From Circinaria calcarea (taxonomy: Eukaryota), in NCBI GenBank assembly GCA_051942165.1, contig JAVECS010000008.1, forward strand, positions 1 through 51,549: a DNA stretch of 51,549 nt, read 5' to 3'. The notes below the pieces were generated by a model that was not told the origin of the DNA, did not search any database, and was given only the letters and a program-made list of their open reading frames with translations. Position 1 is the stretch's first letter. Each line of letters starts with the position of its first letter. Below are positions 1 through 11,818 of this stretch, piece after piece. The translations under genes were made by a program, and so were the position numbers.

Positions 1-3000
1 ATTAAAGGCACTCTAAGCTCCCCAAGTTCCCCTCCCCAGCCCCGTCCACGAACACGAAATGCAACTGGAAAAGCAAATTTGGGCACCAAGTCACAGCTGG
101 CTGTCGCAATCATGGGGAGGAGTCATATGTGAGAGCCGAACGATGGACTCACTGCTGCTGCCGTGGCGGAGTCGGTTCGAGAGCACCGGCTGTGATGTTT
201 GTTCCAGGGCATCGGTCCGTCTCTCACCATCCCATTGCTCTCCTCTTCGTCTGCTCTGGGCCCTCTGGCCGTCTTGAACGCTAGTTTGATAGTGGCGGTG
301 GAAAGATGCCCATTGGCAATCTGCGGCAATCCTTTGATGCGGCCTGTTCCCCTCTCTCATCTCCCTCCCCCCCCCGGGACCAGCTACAGCTGTTATTTGC
401 CAGGAAGCCGGACTGCTTTTCTTGATACAGCGCCACTCCGCCAGTAATCTCTTCGGTCGGGTTTCAGACTACCAGGGAGGTCATAGTGCAAATGGATGCT
501 TCCCAGGGGACATCGAAGATCAGTTCGAAAGCTCGAAGGCTCGAAGGCTCGCCGGATTAGCGAATGTCAGGGGGACTAGTGCTTCGCCGGCACGATGCGC
601 CCGCTGATTCGCTGCGAATCGAACGACGGAGCGTGATCCTGCTTATGATTACTCCAACGATGATGGTTACCTAGGCATCGTTTGGGGTAGATGAATGATC
701 CATCCCCCGAATTACTGCCTGTGTGCTCTACCTGCACATCTCGTCACTTGCACATGTCACAGGGCAGACGGCCCGATTGTTGGCGCCCGTGTCATCTACT
801 TTCTCCCAACCGTCCACAGCAAGTTACGAAGTCCCGGCAGTGCTTCCATAGGACGTTGGGCAGCAACGGAGGTGTCAGGGATACGATCTTTAAAGTAAGC
901 TTGACCGTGTGACCGGGACCACCAGAAACGGCCCTACCCATCGTGAGCGATGCAATCAGATCTGCGTTTGGTACCAGCCGCTTCGACAGCCAGCCATACC
1001 ACTGCGATGTCGAGTGCCTGCCTTCAGGACAAGCCAGTTAAACCATGCTCGAACATCCAAGGCGCAAGGATCTCCGGTCGCAGCGAATGTCTGATGGCTG
1101 GTCATCTCGCTTCGAACGAGACCCACGGCCACGATGGAAGCCAGACTCATTAGCGGTCCGATTATCTTCACAAACACCAGTGCTTTACGCGCCGATAGTA
1201 CCGTTGATGAGAGTCGTGAAAGGACGCCCTATAAGCAGGTGGCGTGTGACTCGGACGCTTCCGTATTTTTGTATGCCCGTCAAAAGGTTTTGGCAAAGGT
1301 TCGGAGTCTGGGCAGAGAAGGACGGCCCCTGCACCATTGTGACACCGAGGCGTTGCATGACGCATGGCATTGAATGCAGCCTTCTCTCGTTTGTGGCTGT
1401 GTTTCAGGTGTCGAGTTTAAAGTTGGTGCTAGCCTCCACATCAACGACAGATCGTGCGACGGGCACCAACTTCGACGCAATTTCTACAGTCAGTGTAGGA
1501 TGTTACCCATCCTCGTTCTCCATCACTCGACAGCAGCTTCCTGGCCAAAGACTGCCTCTCCGGCAACCCTTCCAGCCTCTCAGAAGCTACACTTCAACAT
1601 CCCGCAGGATATGCTGCAGTGCTTTCCATCGTGCGTCTGGTCTTTTACAGAGCAGAGTAAGACTTGCGTCAGCAATGAGTAGACATCCTCGCGTATGGCA
1701 CTTGCCTTAAACGTCATCACTGCGGAGTCAGAAAGTTGACCATGGTAGACTCGAGCAATCTCGGTAGGATACGAGCGCCGGCCTTGGATTAGTACCTCTT
1801 GTCTACCACGGTAGATGAGCAAATCGTGCTGTCGGAACCAGTAAGCATGATTCTAGATGGCCCCTTCACCTCCTAGTCTATCCGCGTCATCATAGAATGC
1901 CAAAGATGGGTACATATTGAATCCACGCGCAATGTATCCGTTAAATACCTAGGGGTGCCTCCCTGTCCTAGCTACTCTTCAAAGACGCCGACGAATACAG
2001 CTCCTCTCGAAGAGTCCGGTCGACTACTCCCTTACCATAGTCCTTCGCGCCGGCGAATCCGTTTTCTCCCTCCGGAGGATCCAACGCTTATGGCAGCAAT
2101 CGACCGCGACTCCTGAAACCCAGCTTCGGAGATGTCGAGACCAACTCCCATGGGACAGCCAAACCAACAAATTCCATTTTGAGCGTCCGGTTCTCGCTAA
2201 GACCCTTGGCTCATTGCCACTGCTACTGCTCCGTATTGCCTGATCCTCCGGAAGCAGTCATCCTTGCGGACGTTACCAACTTGGCACAACGGGCTACGCC
2301 TTTCGGATCCGGTGAGGATAGTAGGATACTGTTCGCCATTTGGAATTGCAGGGTGGCAGACTGCGGTCGGCCAGAATACTTCCTCTAAGATTAATAATGC
2401 ACCGTACGTAAGGTAGGTGGCTGAAGTATTTCTCAGCGTCCCAGACAAACCCTCGTTTTGTTACGAAGTGTCTCGGCGCGGAAATAGCAAGTCAAAAGAA
2501 TCCGGAATTGCTTCCGTACGACAATACCTCGCCCATTCAATGAAACCCTGGTGACAACCCATCCAACCCGACAGGCTCTCCTACAGGAGTCATAATCTTC
2601 GTTCCTACCGCGTGGCACCTATTCAAGAATGTGGCCTGGCGGCGCCTAGGAAGCTACTATAGTTAGAATGGTTGTGCTAGAGTACAGACCTCGGTCCAAG
2701 ACCGGATTCAATGGTCGGAATCCACATGAGAACCAAAGGACACATGAGCATACAGCTATTTACAGTGTCTGAATAGCACCCACTGCAAGTGTGCATATCC
2801 AAGCCTGGTTGGTACGGTCGTGTGTGTGCGTAAAAGATGGGAGTATGGGTTAATCCCGTTGCGACATTTGCACCCGGATACTTCAGAAATCTATAGGATA
2901 TCTGCAATAGCACGTGCAATAGATCCGGATCGCAACGGAATTCTATCGGGGGCAGCCAACAAATAGTACCCAAGGCCAAAGCCAGGGTACCTGCATGCAT

Positions 3001-3206
3001 CCAACCACATATCACAGTATACTGAGGCCTCACCACATCTGATTAAGCTCATAGGGTAGTGCTCCTTTGGATTCTGTCGATAATAGACAATGAGCTGAGA
3101 TCACTGTGAACCTTTGGCGATAGCTAATAGCTGCTATGACTTGTCTGATTGTGTTCGGATAGAGATTTTTCAATGTACCAGCTATATGAACGCACAATGA
3201 CTTCGT

Positions 3207-4194
3207 TTATCTTTTTACCCAAGCTGGCATCTTCCTAGCCTTCAGTTTCCCAGGCTTCTTCCTCTCCACCCGTCGTGGATCTCTTGTCACACAACCAGCT
3301 GCAGTCACTCAGGTCAGCCGTACGTTGCCCTCAGTATCCAAACCAAGAGTACTCACCTCTCCTCAGCGCCGGCTTCAACTCCGGTTCGTGCACCATCAAC
3401 GCTCTCGCCACTGCCAATGTAATACTCTCCGCTTGCCCGGTCAAACCCCCTCCATAGACCAAGGCCCAGATATTATACTTGTCAACCCTTCCAGTAGCTT
3501 TAAGTGCCCAAATAGCACTTTCGCGATCATGGATCCTTGCAAACGCATGGTTGAGACTTTTACCATTGACAAGCACCTCCCCTTCCCCTTCCACTAGAAA
3601 TACCTTCGCTGTACTCGCTTTCCTCCTCCCAGACCCAAACGCCCTTCCAAACTCATCAATCAGTTGTGGTCGCCGGACATTAGCATGAGGATCCACATCC
3701 CGCTTGTAGATCTCCATTTCTTGCGTGACTTCCTCTGGCATTAATGCTGGATGGATCCTGTTAAGCCGCTGTAAGACCTCAATGATCTTACGATACTTCG
3801 ACGCCTTGATGGGTTCCCCAACAATAAGACGGTATTGTGCTAGTGTACGCCATGCGACTCGAGGTGCCTGGGCAGCAGTGAGCGTTGGAAGGGTCTGGTG
3901 TTTTCGGAGCAGGGCCTGTAGGGTGAGGAGGCTGTCCGTGAAGTCGGGTTTGCCGGTGAAGTAGGACGGTGAGGCGGGAATGATGCGAGTGTATTTGGGC
4001 GAGGGAGGAGGGAGAGAAGACTTGGAGAAATCGATTTCGGGTGCGGCGATGGCCGAGGGTTTAGGAGTGTTGGTGAAGGTACGTGAAGGGTAGGCAGCAT
4101 ATGGTTTCCGGCGGACGACTGGGCGTAACTTATAAAGGCAGACAAAGGATTGACGGGTAATCTGAGGAGTAGCCAAGGGTAATTGGCTTGCCAT
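3207..4194 (-). CDS. MRPS9: Mitochondrial ribosomal small-subunit protein uS9m (37S S9), 2 exons
   Basis: uS9 motifs [12 protein letters not shown] and [24 protein letters not shown] intron at about 3299-3356 joins to the terminal [30 protein letters not shown]. The ATG at 4194 starts a presequence-like Arg/Ser-rich N-terminus. Confidence 0.95.
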
Positions 4195-4411
4195 TATGCA
4201 TTGACGTCTGAAAAGTGTACGGAGTAGGCAATACTTCGTGGTCCGGACTGAGCTTAGGGGGATATACTCAAACAGAGTGAGTTTGATTGGCGACACAAGC
4301 GAAAAACGTCTCAGCACAAACTTCCTATGACTCCGCAAACCTCAAGCTCGACAGCGTTACGAAAACGCCCATTCACAAAAACAGCTCCACGTCCACGACA
4401 CTGTCGCAAAC

Positions 4412-5992
4412 ATGTCTTTCGGGAAGCTGTACACATACGATGTAATCTAATCCTCCAAGAGACAGCCTGTAACATCAGGAATGTTGTCTGACCGCGATTA
4501 ACAGGGCAATGCGCGGTCCACTGCAATCCGTGCTGTAGCAAAGGCAAACAACCTCGACCTCGAGATTGTCCAAACCGAGCCATCCAAGGGAGTCTCAACA
4601 GAATATCTGAAGCTTAACCCTCTAGGCAGGATACCAACCTTTGAGGGGGGAGATGGCTACGTCTTGACTGAGTGTATTGCCATTGCAATCTACAGTATGT
4701 CTTTCAATACCTTCCACCCTCTGGAAACACCATACCATTTCCTATCATGATGAAAATATTATCATTACAGTTATCCCTGTCTGAAGACTACTGTTGAGAA
4801 TTATTCACACTCTGACCTGAAAACCTTGCTATCTTCCTCTACACATCAGATTTCTATGCCTCATTCGAGAGCTAACCGTTTATAAAGTAACCTCTCAGAA
4901 CGAAAAGACCACCTTGTTAGGTAAAACCAAGCAGGACTACGCCTCTATTGTGAGATGGATGTCCTTTGCCAATTCCGAGATTCTTACCGCCCTTGGTGGT
5001 TGGTTCCGGCCCCTCACCGGTAAAGATCCCTACAACAAGAAGAACGTTGAAGACTCCCAAAAAGCCGCACTCAAGGCTGTCGGTGTCCTCGAATCACACC
5101 TGCTCATCAACACTTACCTTGTGGGCGAACGCGTTACCCTAGCCGACCTTTTCACGGCCGGCATCGTATCGAGGGGCTTCCAGTTCTTGTTTGACAAGGT
5201 GTGGCGTGCAGAGAACCCAAACGTCACTCGATGGTTTGATACCATCTGCAACCAGCCCATATACTCCGCAGTTGCGGATAAGCCGGATTACATCGATGAA
5301 GCCATTAAATATGTCCCCCCAAAGAAAGACGAAAAGCCGAAAGAGAAGAAGGAGCAGGCACCCAAAAAAGAAGCCGCCAAGCCCAAAGCCAAGGAAGTTG
5401 AGCCAGACGAGGAAGAGGAAGAAGATAAGCCCGCTCCTAAACCCAGGCATCCTCTCGAGGCCCTATCCAAACCAACGCTTGTCCTCGACGACTGGAAACG
5501 CAAGTACTCGAACGAGGAGACCCGTGAAGTAGCCCTTCCTTGGTTCTGGGAAAACTTTAAACCGGATGAGTACTCGCTGTGGAAAGTAGACTACAAATAC
5601 AACGACGAACTCACCTTGACATTCATGACTTCTAACCTTATTGGTATGTTATCCCCTTTTCACACTCCCTTGTTGACCGGGTTTCTAACCCATCTCATCT
5701 TGTAGGTGGCTTCTTTACTCGTCTCGAAGCCTCCCGCAAATACATCTTTGGGTGCGCCTCTGTTTACGGCCAAAACAATGACTCTATAGTTAAAGGCGCC
5801 TTTGTCATCCGCGGTCAAGATGCAGCCCCTGCTTTCGACGTTGCTCCCGACTACGAGAGCTACGAGTTTACGAAGCTAGACCCCGAGAAGAAGGAAGATA
5901 AGGAGTTTGTTGAAGACATGTGGAGCTGGGACAAGCCAATCGTTGTGGACGGGAAGACCTACGAATGGGCAGATGGAAAGGTCTTCAAGTAA
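4412..5992 (+). CDS. TEF4: Translation elongation factor eEF1B-gamma (GST-N/GST-C plus EF1G domain), 4 exons
   Basis: MSFGKLYTYD|GNARSTAIRAVAKAN...LNPLGRIPTFEG, DDWKRKYSNEETREVALPWFWE and C-terminal WADGKVFK*. Introns at 4442-4504, 4695-4887 and about 5645-5705. Confidence 0.96.
4745..4820 (+). ncRNA. SNR38: Intronic box C/D snoRNA, snR38 homolog (guide for LSU rRNA 2'-O-methylation)
   Basis: Box C ATGATGA (4747-4753). Guide CAGTTATCCCTGT (4768-4780) is complementary to the conserved LSU rRNA sequence ACAGGGATAACTG and is followed by D' CTGA (4781-4784). Box D CTGA at 4812-4815 or 4817-4820. Yeast snR38 is likewise hosted in the TEF4 intron. Confidence 0.9.
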
Positions 5993-6450
5993 GCTTGAGT
6001 TGGCGCTGAAACGGAAGCGGTAGACTATGAGAGTTGGAAGCGCGATGCAGGCATGATGGAACGGATGGTTCTACGTATGAGCTTATGAGGGTCTTCTTAC
6101 GTAGCATGCTCTGCTGCCGATACCATCTTGTACTCTATGTTTTAACAGACATGGCACCTTAGAAGCATAGACGTGCACGCCCCGAAACAAAAAGTCTGTC
6201 CGATGACAATCCTCTCCTTGAATCTTCATTCCTCGACGGGTTTATTTGCGGTCTGTTCCATTTATCGGCTTCGATTTCACCAAATTCCCCCTTTTAGCGT
6301 ACATTGACTCGGTTTGCCACGGATGGACGTTCTTCAACAATTCACACATTGCCAATGTTCCCATGACATTGTCACACATTACTTGTATACCCAGCTACCA
6401 CCTTATTTCCTATGCATTTCGTTGCCGCACCTACTTTTAACCCCACCCAC

Positions 6451-6506
6451 AAAAAAAAAGAGAAGAAAAAAAGAGAAAGAAAAGGAGAAACAAGGAGAAA
6501 AAAGAG
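6451..6506 (+). repeat. Near-pure polypurine (A/G) low-complexity tract
   Basis: aaaaaaaaagagaagaaaaaaagagaaagaaaaggagaaacaaggagaaaaaagag, seen directly. Confidence 0.8.
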
Positions 6507-8033
6507 CCAGCCGGTCCTATACCACACTCCCTCTCCACGCTCCCACAACTTCGCCGTCAATCACGGCAGACTTGAGTACACTCAGTTATAGTAGCCTCCA
6601 AGGCGTTCCACTCCTTTCATCCTCCTCTCTATTAGGGCAAGGGTAGGGGAATACGCTTGCCCGAAACAATGCCGGTGTGGGCGGCTAGCTACGCTCGGTT
6701 TTCGCGCTGTCTTACACACACACATGAGATATGAACTGCGGATGTTTAAGTAGGTATGGTTGTTCCAATTGGAATGAGGGTATAGTAGTTCCCTTCTGGG
6801 GGGTTTATGGAAAAGGGTAGTCTATCCGATATTCAATAAGTGGGCTCGCACCGAATGGGAGATGAGTGGGGGAGGGTGGACAGGGGATATTCGAGTGCCC
6901 CTTTTCCCCTATATCTTTGGAGACGATTAATTGCAGCGGGTGGAGGAGAGGAGGGCTGCAGGCCTAGCGCCATGTCAGCAGGAGACATGGAAGCTGCCAA
7001 ATGGAAGCGTTTGCCTCCGAACCATCGTTTCCTGCTTTCTTCCAAAGGGTTCAGAAAAATCGTTTCCCAGGCATGGAGGACTGCATCAATGATCGTGAAC
7101 ATTTAGACATGGTGAAAGTGCTGGGAAAGATGGGCTCGAGGGACTTTCTGCTCGCTTTGGTCGTTCGTTAGATCTGCGGTTGCTTTATCCGGGGGTTTGA
7201 TAACCTTGCATCCTTGCGCTACGAGAGTGGATATAAGCCATCTTAATTTCATTCTCAGCCGAGTAAGTCTTCAGACTAACCTTTGCAGAAGCTGGCTTCA
7301 ATTCCTTCCTAGGTTCCTCCTCTGCTGCCTCCGGTTCTCTCACACTGGTAGCATTGGCTTTTGCCCTCCAGGGACGCTTTACTCCTGGTTGACCGACTGC
7401 GACCCCTCTTACATGCGCTCGCGCTGCAGATTGGGAGAAAGCATGAGAATTCTCTTTAAAGGGGCGGTACTTATTCTCCTCGTTAGATGGTGTCCGAGCA
7501 GAACCCGGCTTTCCGGATCGAGAACAGGTACGTATTAGCTATACCATTGCGATCTATCAAGTTCTTCTCTGGAAGACAACGGAATACGGTTTGCGTAGAA
7601 TAAGAAAGTATGACGGGTCTGCGGCTTTGGCCGATGTGAGTGATTGATTGGCGTCGTTAATTGTATTCCTGGTTGGTGGTAAGATAGGATATGGTTATGA
7701 CTCCGACTACAACATCTCGATGATCAGTGCATCATATGATTATAAAGAATGACTGGAAAGATCTAGATAAGACACTAGAGGAATAAAGGGCAGCCGTGTG
7801 GCTTACCAGGACACAATTGATAGCATGGACGAGGTTAATGACCGGACTTGTTACATGTAGTCTATCATTTTGTTTCACTACCAGAAGAAGTTGTATCACA
7901 GCAAGAATGGTGGTTGATGATGTTCTATCTTCAAGCACCTGAACGCCAAAATCGGCTGGATTGGGGATATTTCCGATCAGAAGTGAGACCATATATAGCG
8001 TGAATGATATGCGGCTGTAGTGTGCTGGGATGG

Positions 8034-9043
8034 TCAAAATTGATCTGCAAGGTATGTTAGAAGAAGCACAAAACCTTTTTTTTTCGTAGAGGCGGGGGCG
8101 GGATATGTTGTCAACCCGGAAAAGAACGGTCGTTGCTGATGACATGGTATTGGTGAGCTTACCAAGGGTCATGCTCATCGACACATCTGTATTCTCCACC
8201 ATCTTTGTGAATTCCTCAAAACTGATTTTTCCATCTCGATCCTTGTCGGCCTCCATTATCGTCTTGTCGACAATCTGCCATAATCACGCATCAGCCCTTT
8301 CTCTCAAATACCATCTCGAGTACCCCTCCTCATTGAGGTCGATCAAGAGTCCCACCGAATATTATGTTTTGCTCTCCTTCTCTGCCCGTCATCAGTCCTC
8401 ACTCACCTGCTGCAGTTGCATGTCCTTCAGGTTACTTCCCACCATCATCTTCAGTACGATGAACAGCTCCCCATTGCTTATATACCCATCGCGATCGATG
8501 TCATACACCTTGAACGCAAACCGTAATTTCTCTTCCTTGTTGCCTTTGGAGCTGAAGGCGCTAAGACCGGAGACGAATTCTTGGAAATCAACATCCCCAC
8601 CGCCGTCCTCGTCAAAGATGGCGATCATTCTGCGGGAAGGAGGAGAAAGATTTAGCTGGCGGGAGCTTCAGGAGCCTGAACCCAGGAGCGGAGGGGAAAG
8701 GGTAGGCAAACCTGGTTGCTAAGGGATTTGAAGAAACCTGGGGCAGGGAGAGAAACTCATCGCGTTCGATGGTGCCTGAATTGTCCTGTTCGGTGTGTCA
8801 GTTGCTATAACCTCGACCTGTTTTCGGGCGTGCGCACCTTGTCTAGCTTCATGAAACGTTTCCGTAATCGATCGACTTCATCGCGGTCGACTTCAGTATG
8901 CCGGGTGTCAGCATGTGTCCCATCCTCTCCTTTCACTCCCTCTCACAATTTGAACCTTGGACTAGGTTCTCCAGCGTTTCCCTGCTTGCAGCCCCATGCC
9001 TGCGCCTTGCATCATACAGGGCCGCGTCGTTGAAATCAGCCAT
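8034..9043 (-). CDS. CNB1: Calcineurin regulatory subunit B (4 EF hands), 6 exons
   Basis: Spliced sequence [93 protein letters not shown]...[12 protein letters not shown]...[13 protein letters not shown]...MTL|DQF*. Confidence 0.95.
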
Positions 9044-9553
9044 CGGACGTGATGGTTGGTCCTACGAAAAGGAAATGCTGTTGAGTGTAGAATCCGAAAG
9101 GCTGCAACTGTTTCTGTACATTGGCCGCCGGTGGAGGTAAAGATACCGGATTGGATAGTGAAGCAGATAGTCACGTGGCACACAGTGGTGGGAATAAACT
9201 AATTCCGTTCCGTCCAATCATTCATCGTGGTAGTGCAACGCTAAGCTTCCGGAATCCGGGGAATTTACTCCGTACTTGTACTGTGGTGCAAGGACCACAC
9301 CCCGAAAACACACGATCACAGCCAGAGCGACACAGGTGTACAACTCCATCACCGTCCTCAGCACATCTATCAAACAAACCCCAGACTTATCGCTTTCACG
9401 ATCCGGTATATTTGTTTAACAGACATCAAATCATCTAGCCGTCGACAAAATGTCGTTATCAAACATAACTTCGTAACGCTCACCTCCCATCCCTCGTAAA
9501 TTTTTCCCGACCGACAACTCAGCCCTACACGGTCGCAATCCACGGGCGCAATC

Positions 9554-11452
9554 ATGACTCGAGTCCGTCAACGCAAGCTCAATACCCGCCTGTCTCTCCC
9601 CATACTCCGTGAGAGCGACATCGACCAGTTAGACGATGAGCCCCAACGAAATCTCTCCAAAGTCGAAACGGGGGTCGAAAAGGCGGAAGAGATTGTATGT
9701 CGTTCCCATGCTTCCCTCCACCTCCCCGCCGCGTACATCCTGTCCCAGCTCCAAGCGCAAAGGTGAACGCCTGCATGAAGATTAACGTGATCTTGTACAG
9801 GAACACCATCTGCAAGCTGCCATCTCCGCGTCAAAAGCAGCGACCATTGGAGGGAAAGTCTCGCAGATTTATATCCCTACTCCCGAAACCATTCAGAGTA
9901 CTATCCAGTATGATCAGCTTTATCCGCTCCATTTCTCTCAGCCAGCAACGTATATCCGCTTTTCCTCTACGGTCGAGGACTGCAGCGGATGCCCGTACAA
10001 CTTGACTGACGAAGATGATGAGTACTTGAAATCCATGAATGCAAAGCAAAGTGCATCCACCCAATGTTCGGAGGACCAATTCGAAGAAGTGATGAACTTC
10101 TTCGAGGAGACCGCACAGATGAAACAGCCTTATGCCGCTGTTGACAATCCTCCTGTAGTATCATGGGAGGAGATGGAAAGTGTCCTCGATGAAAATTACG
10201 ACGGAGAAATGAGGTCTTCTGCCAGCATCATTTATGAGCACTGGAAGGCCCGAAGACTAAAAGTAGGGAATAAAGGTTTAATACCAAACCTGAAGGTATG
10301 TAGACTTCTCCTTACTCGGGCCTCCACCGCTAAAAAGGGGCAGTTCGAAACGGGGGCAGACACCGACGATGGAGACCCATATGTCTGTTTCCGAAGACGA
10401 GAAGTAAGGCAGATTCGCAAAACTCGCAACAGAGACGCACAGAGTGCGGAGAAGCTCAAGAAGTTAAGAAAGGAGCTCGAGGATGCTCGTCAACTCATAG
10501 CTCTGGTCAGACAGAGAGAAATCACTAAAAGAGAGCAACTATCCATGGATAGGCAGCTATTTGAACAGCGAACCAGTCTCAGACGGGTGAAAAGAAACCT
10601 TCCCGAGCAGTATAATGACGGCGACGAAGATATCCTCATAAACCAAAAAGTAAGAGAGGCTCATGGTGAAATTTTTTTGGAGACTGACAAAACTAGCCGC
10701 AAAAGAGGAAGCCTCTCGAAATCGCAACCTCCCAGCGAACTCCAGCGACGCAATTACGGCTACCGCCTCGACCGGACGGACGTTCCACAGAAACTGATCT
10801 AATTTCTCTTCAGGATGTCTTAGCGGAGAAAGAAAACGACATCGAACGAGAAATCAACTCAAAGATTGCACAGCATGCGAAATGGAACGAGGGTTATGTC
10901 GATATGACACGAGCACCACTCACGCCACCCTTGGAAGCAAGTGTTAGCTCGAGCTTTCGCACAGCGGTGGCCGAGTACCTTCCCACGCCTCCTGCATCAG
11001 TATCATCTGAGCATTCAGTTGATGCGGCTACTGACATGGACTCCCCAAATGCCAAGAAGGATGATTCTATCGTGGTCCGCTATGCTTCTTCGGCGTATGA
11101 CGGATCGTATCAGAATCAGCCTTCTTTCCGACGAAGGATCGGAAGAGGGGGACGCTTGATGATTGATCGTAGAGGCATGCATCTGCAGTCAAGAGAAGGT
11201 GTTGACGATGCTGTCGTGGACCGGTTCAAGTATGACCGGGACGACGACGACGATGATGAAGCTCCTGTGTACCTCATTGATCCGCATGACATTTCTAGCA
11301 TGCGTTACCGAGCTGCAACCGGAGCCAGCGCGCATCCTCCTTCGCAGATCCAGGGAGCGAGGCGTCCGCAACTCGAAGGTCTGACCTCCTCCCAAATATC
11401 TGCAAGCGTACTAGCAACCTCAAGATATCCAAGGCACCTACCTTCTGATTGA
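9554..11452 (+). CDS. EPL1: Enhancer of polycomb-like protein (NuA4/piccolo subunit), 4 exons
   Basis: EPcA motifs RVRQRKL, VETGVEKAEEI|EHHLQAAI, YIPTP, TYIRFSSTVED, DPYVCFRRREVRQIRKTR and FRRRIGRGGRLMIDR. Introns at 9695-9800, 10296-10343 and about 10649-10698. Confidence 0.93.
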
Positions 11453-11818
11453 TCATACCCGACCCGCTGTAGCGTTGCCAGTGGATACTGACCGTTTTCC
11501 GATGCCGTGGCTAGGCAGTCGGGCTACTCCGCACTTCCTAACGACTCTTTCGACTCGAACAGCTGAGGAACCTTGAAGCCCTGTAGTAAAGTAACATTTG
11601 AGTGCAAAAAGGATGTGACGGGGAACAGCGCTCAGACACGATTGCGTGTAGGATCTAGAGGACTTCGGTCACTAACTCTTGGAATGCAAACCAGCACCCA
11701 GTATGTTCAGCGTGTGAAGTAAGCTGCTATACCACCAGGTATTAGACAGGCAATTGACATGCCTTGAGGATGGAGATGATTGGAATATCAACCGCCACTT
11801 AAGCGAAAATTCTCAAGC

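Noticed and set aside
8235..8407. TGATGA and CTGA boxes in the long CNB1 intron as a second C/D snoRNA
   Set aside because: The CTGA coincides with the branch site. I found no terminal stem and no recognisable rRNA-complementary guide.
8105..8722. 205-aa plus-strand ORF and many similar ORFs antisense to conserved genes
   Set aside because: Antisense shadows of CNB1 and other real coding exons.
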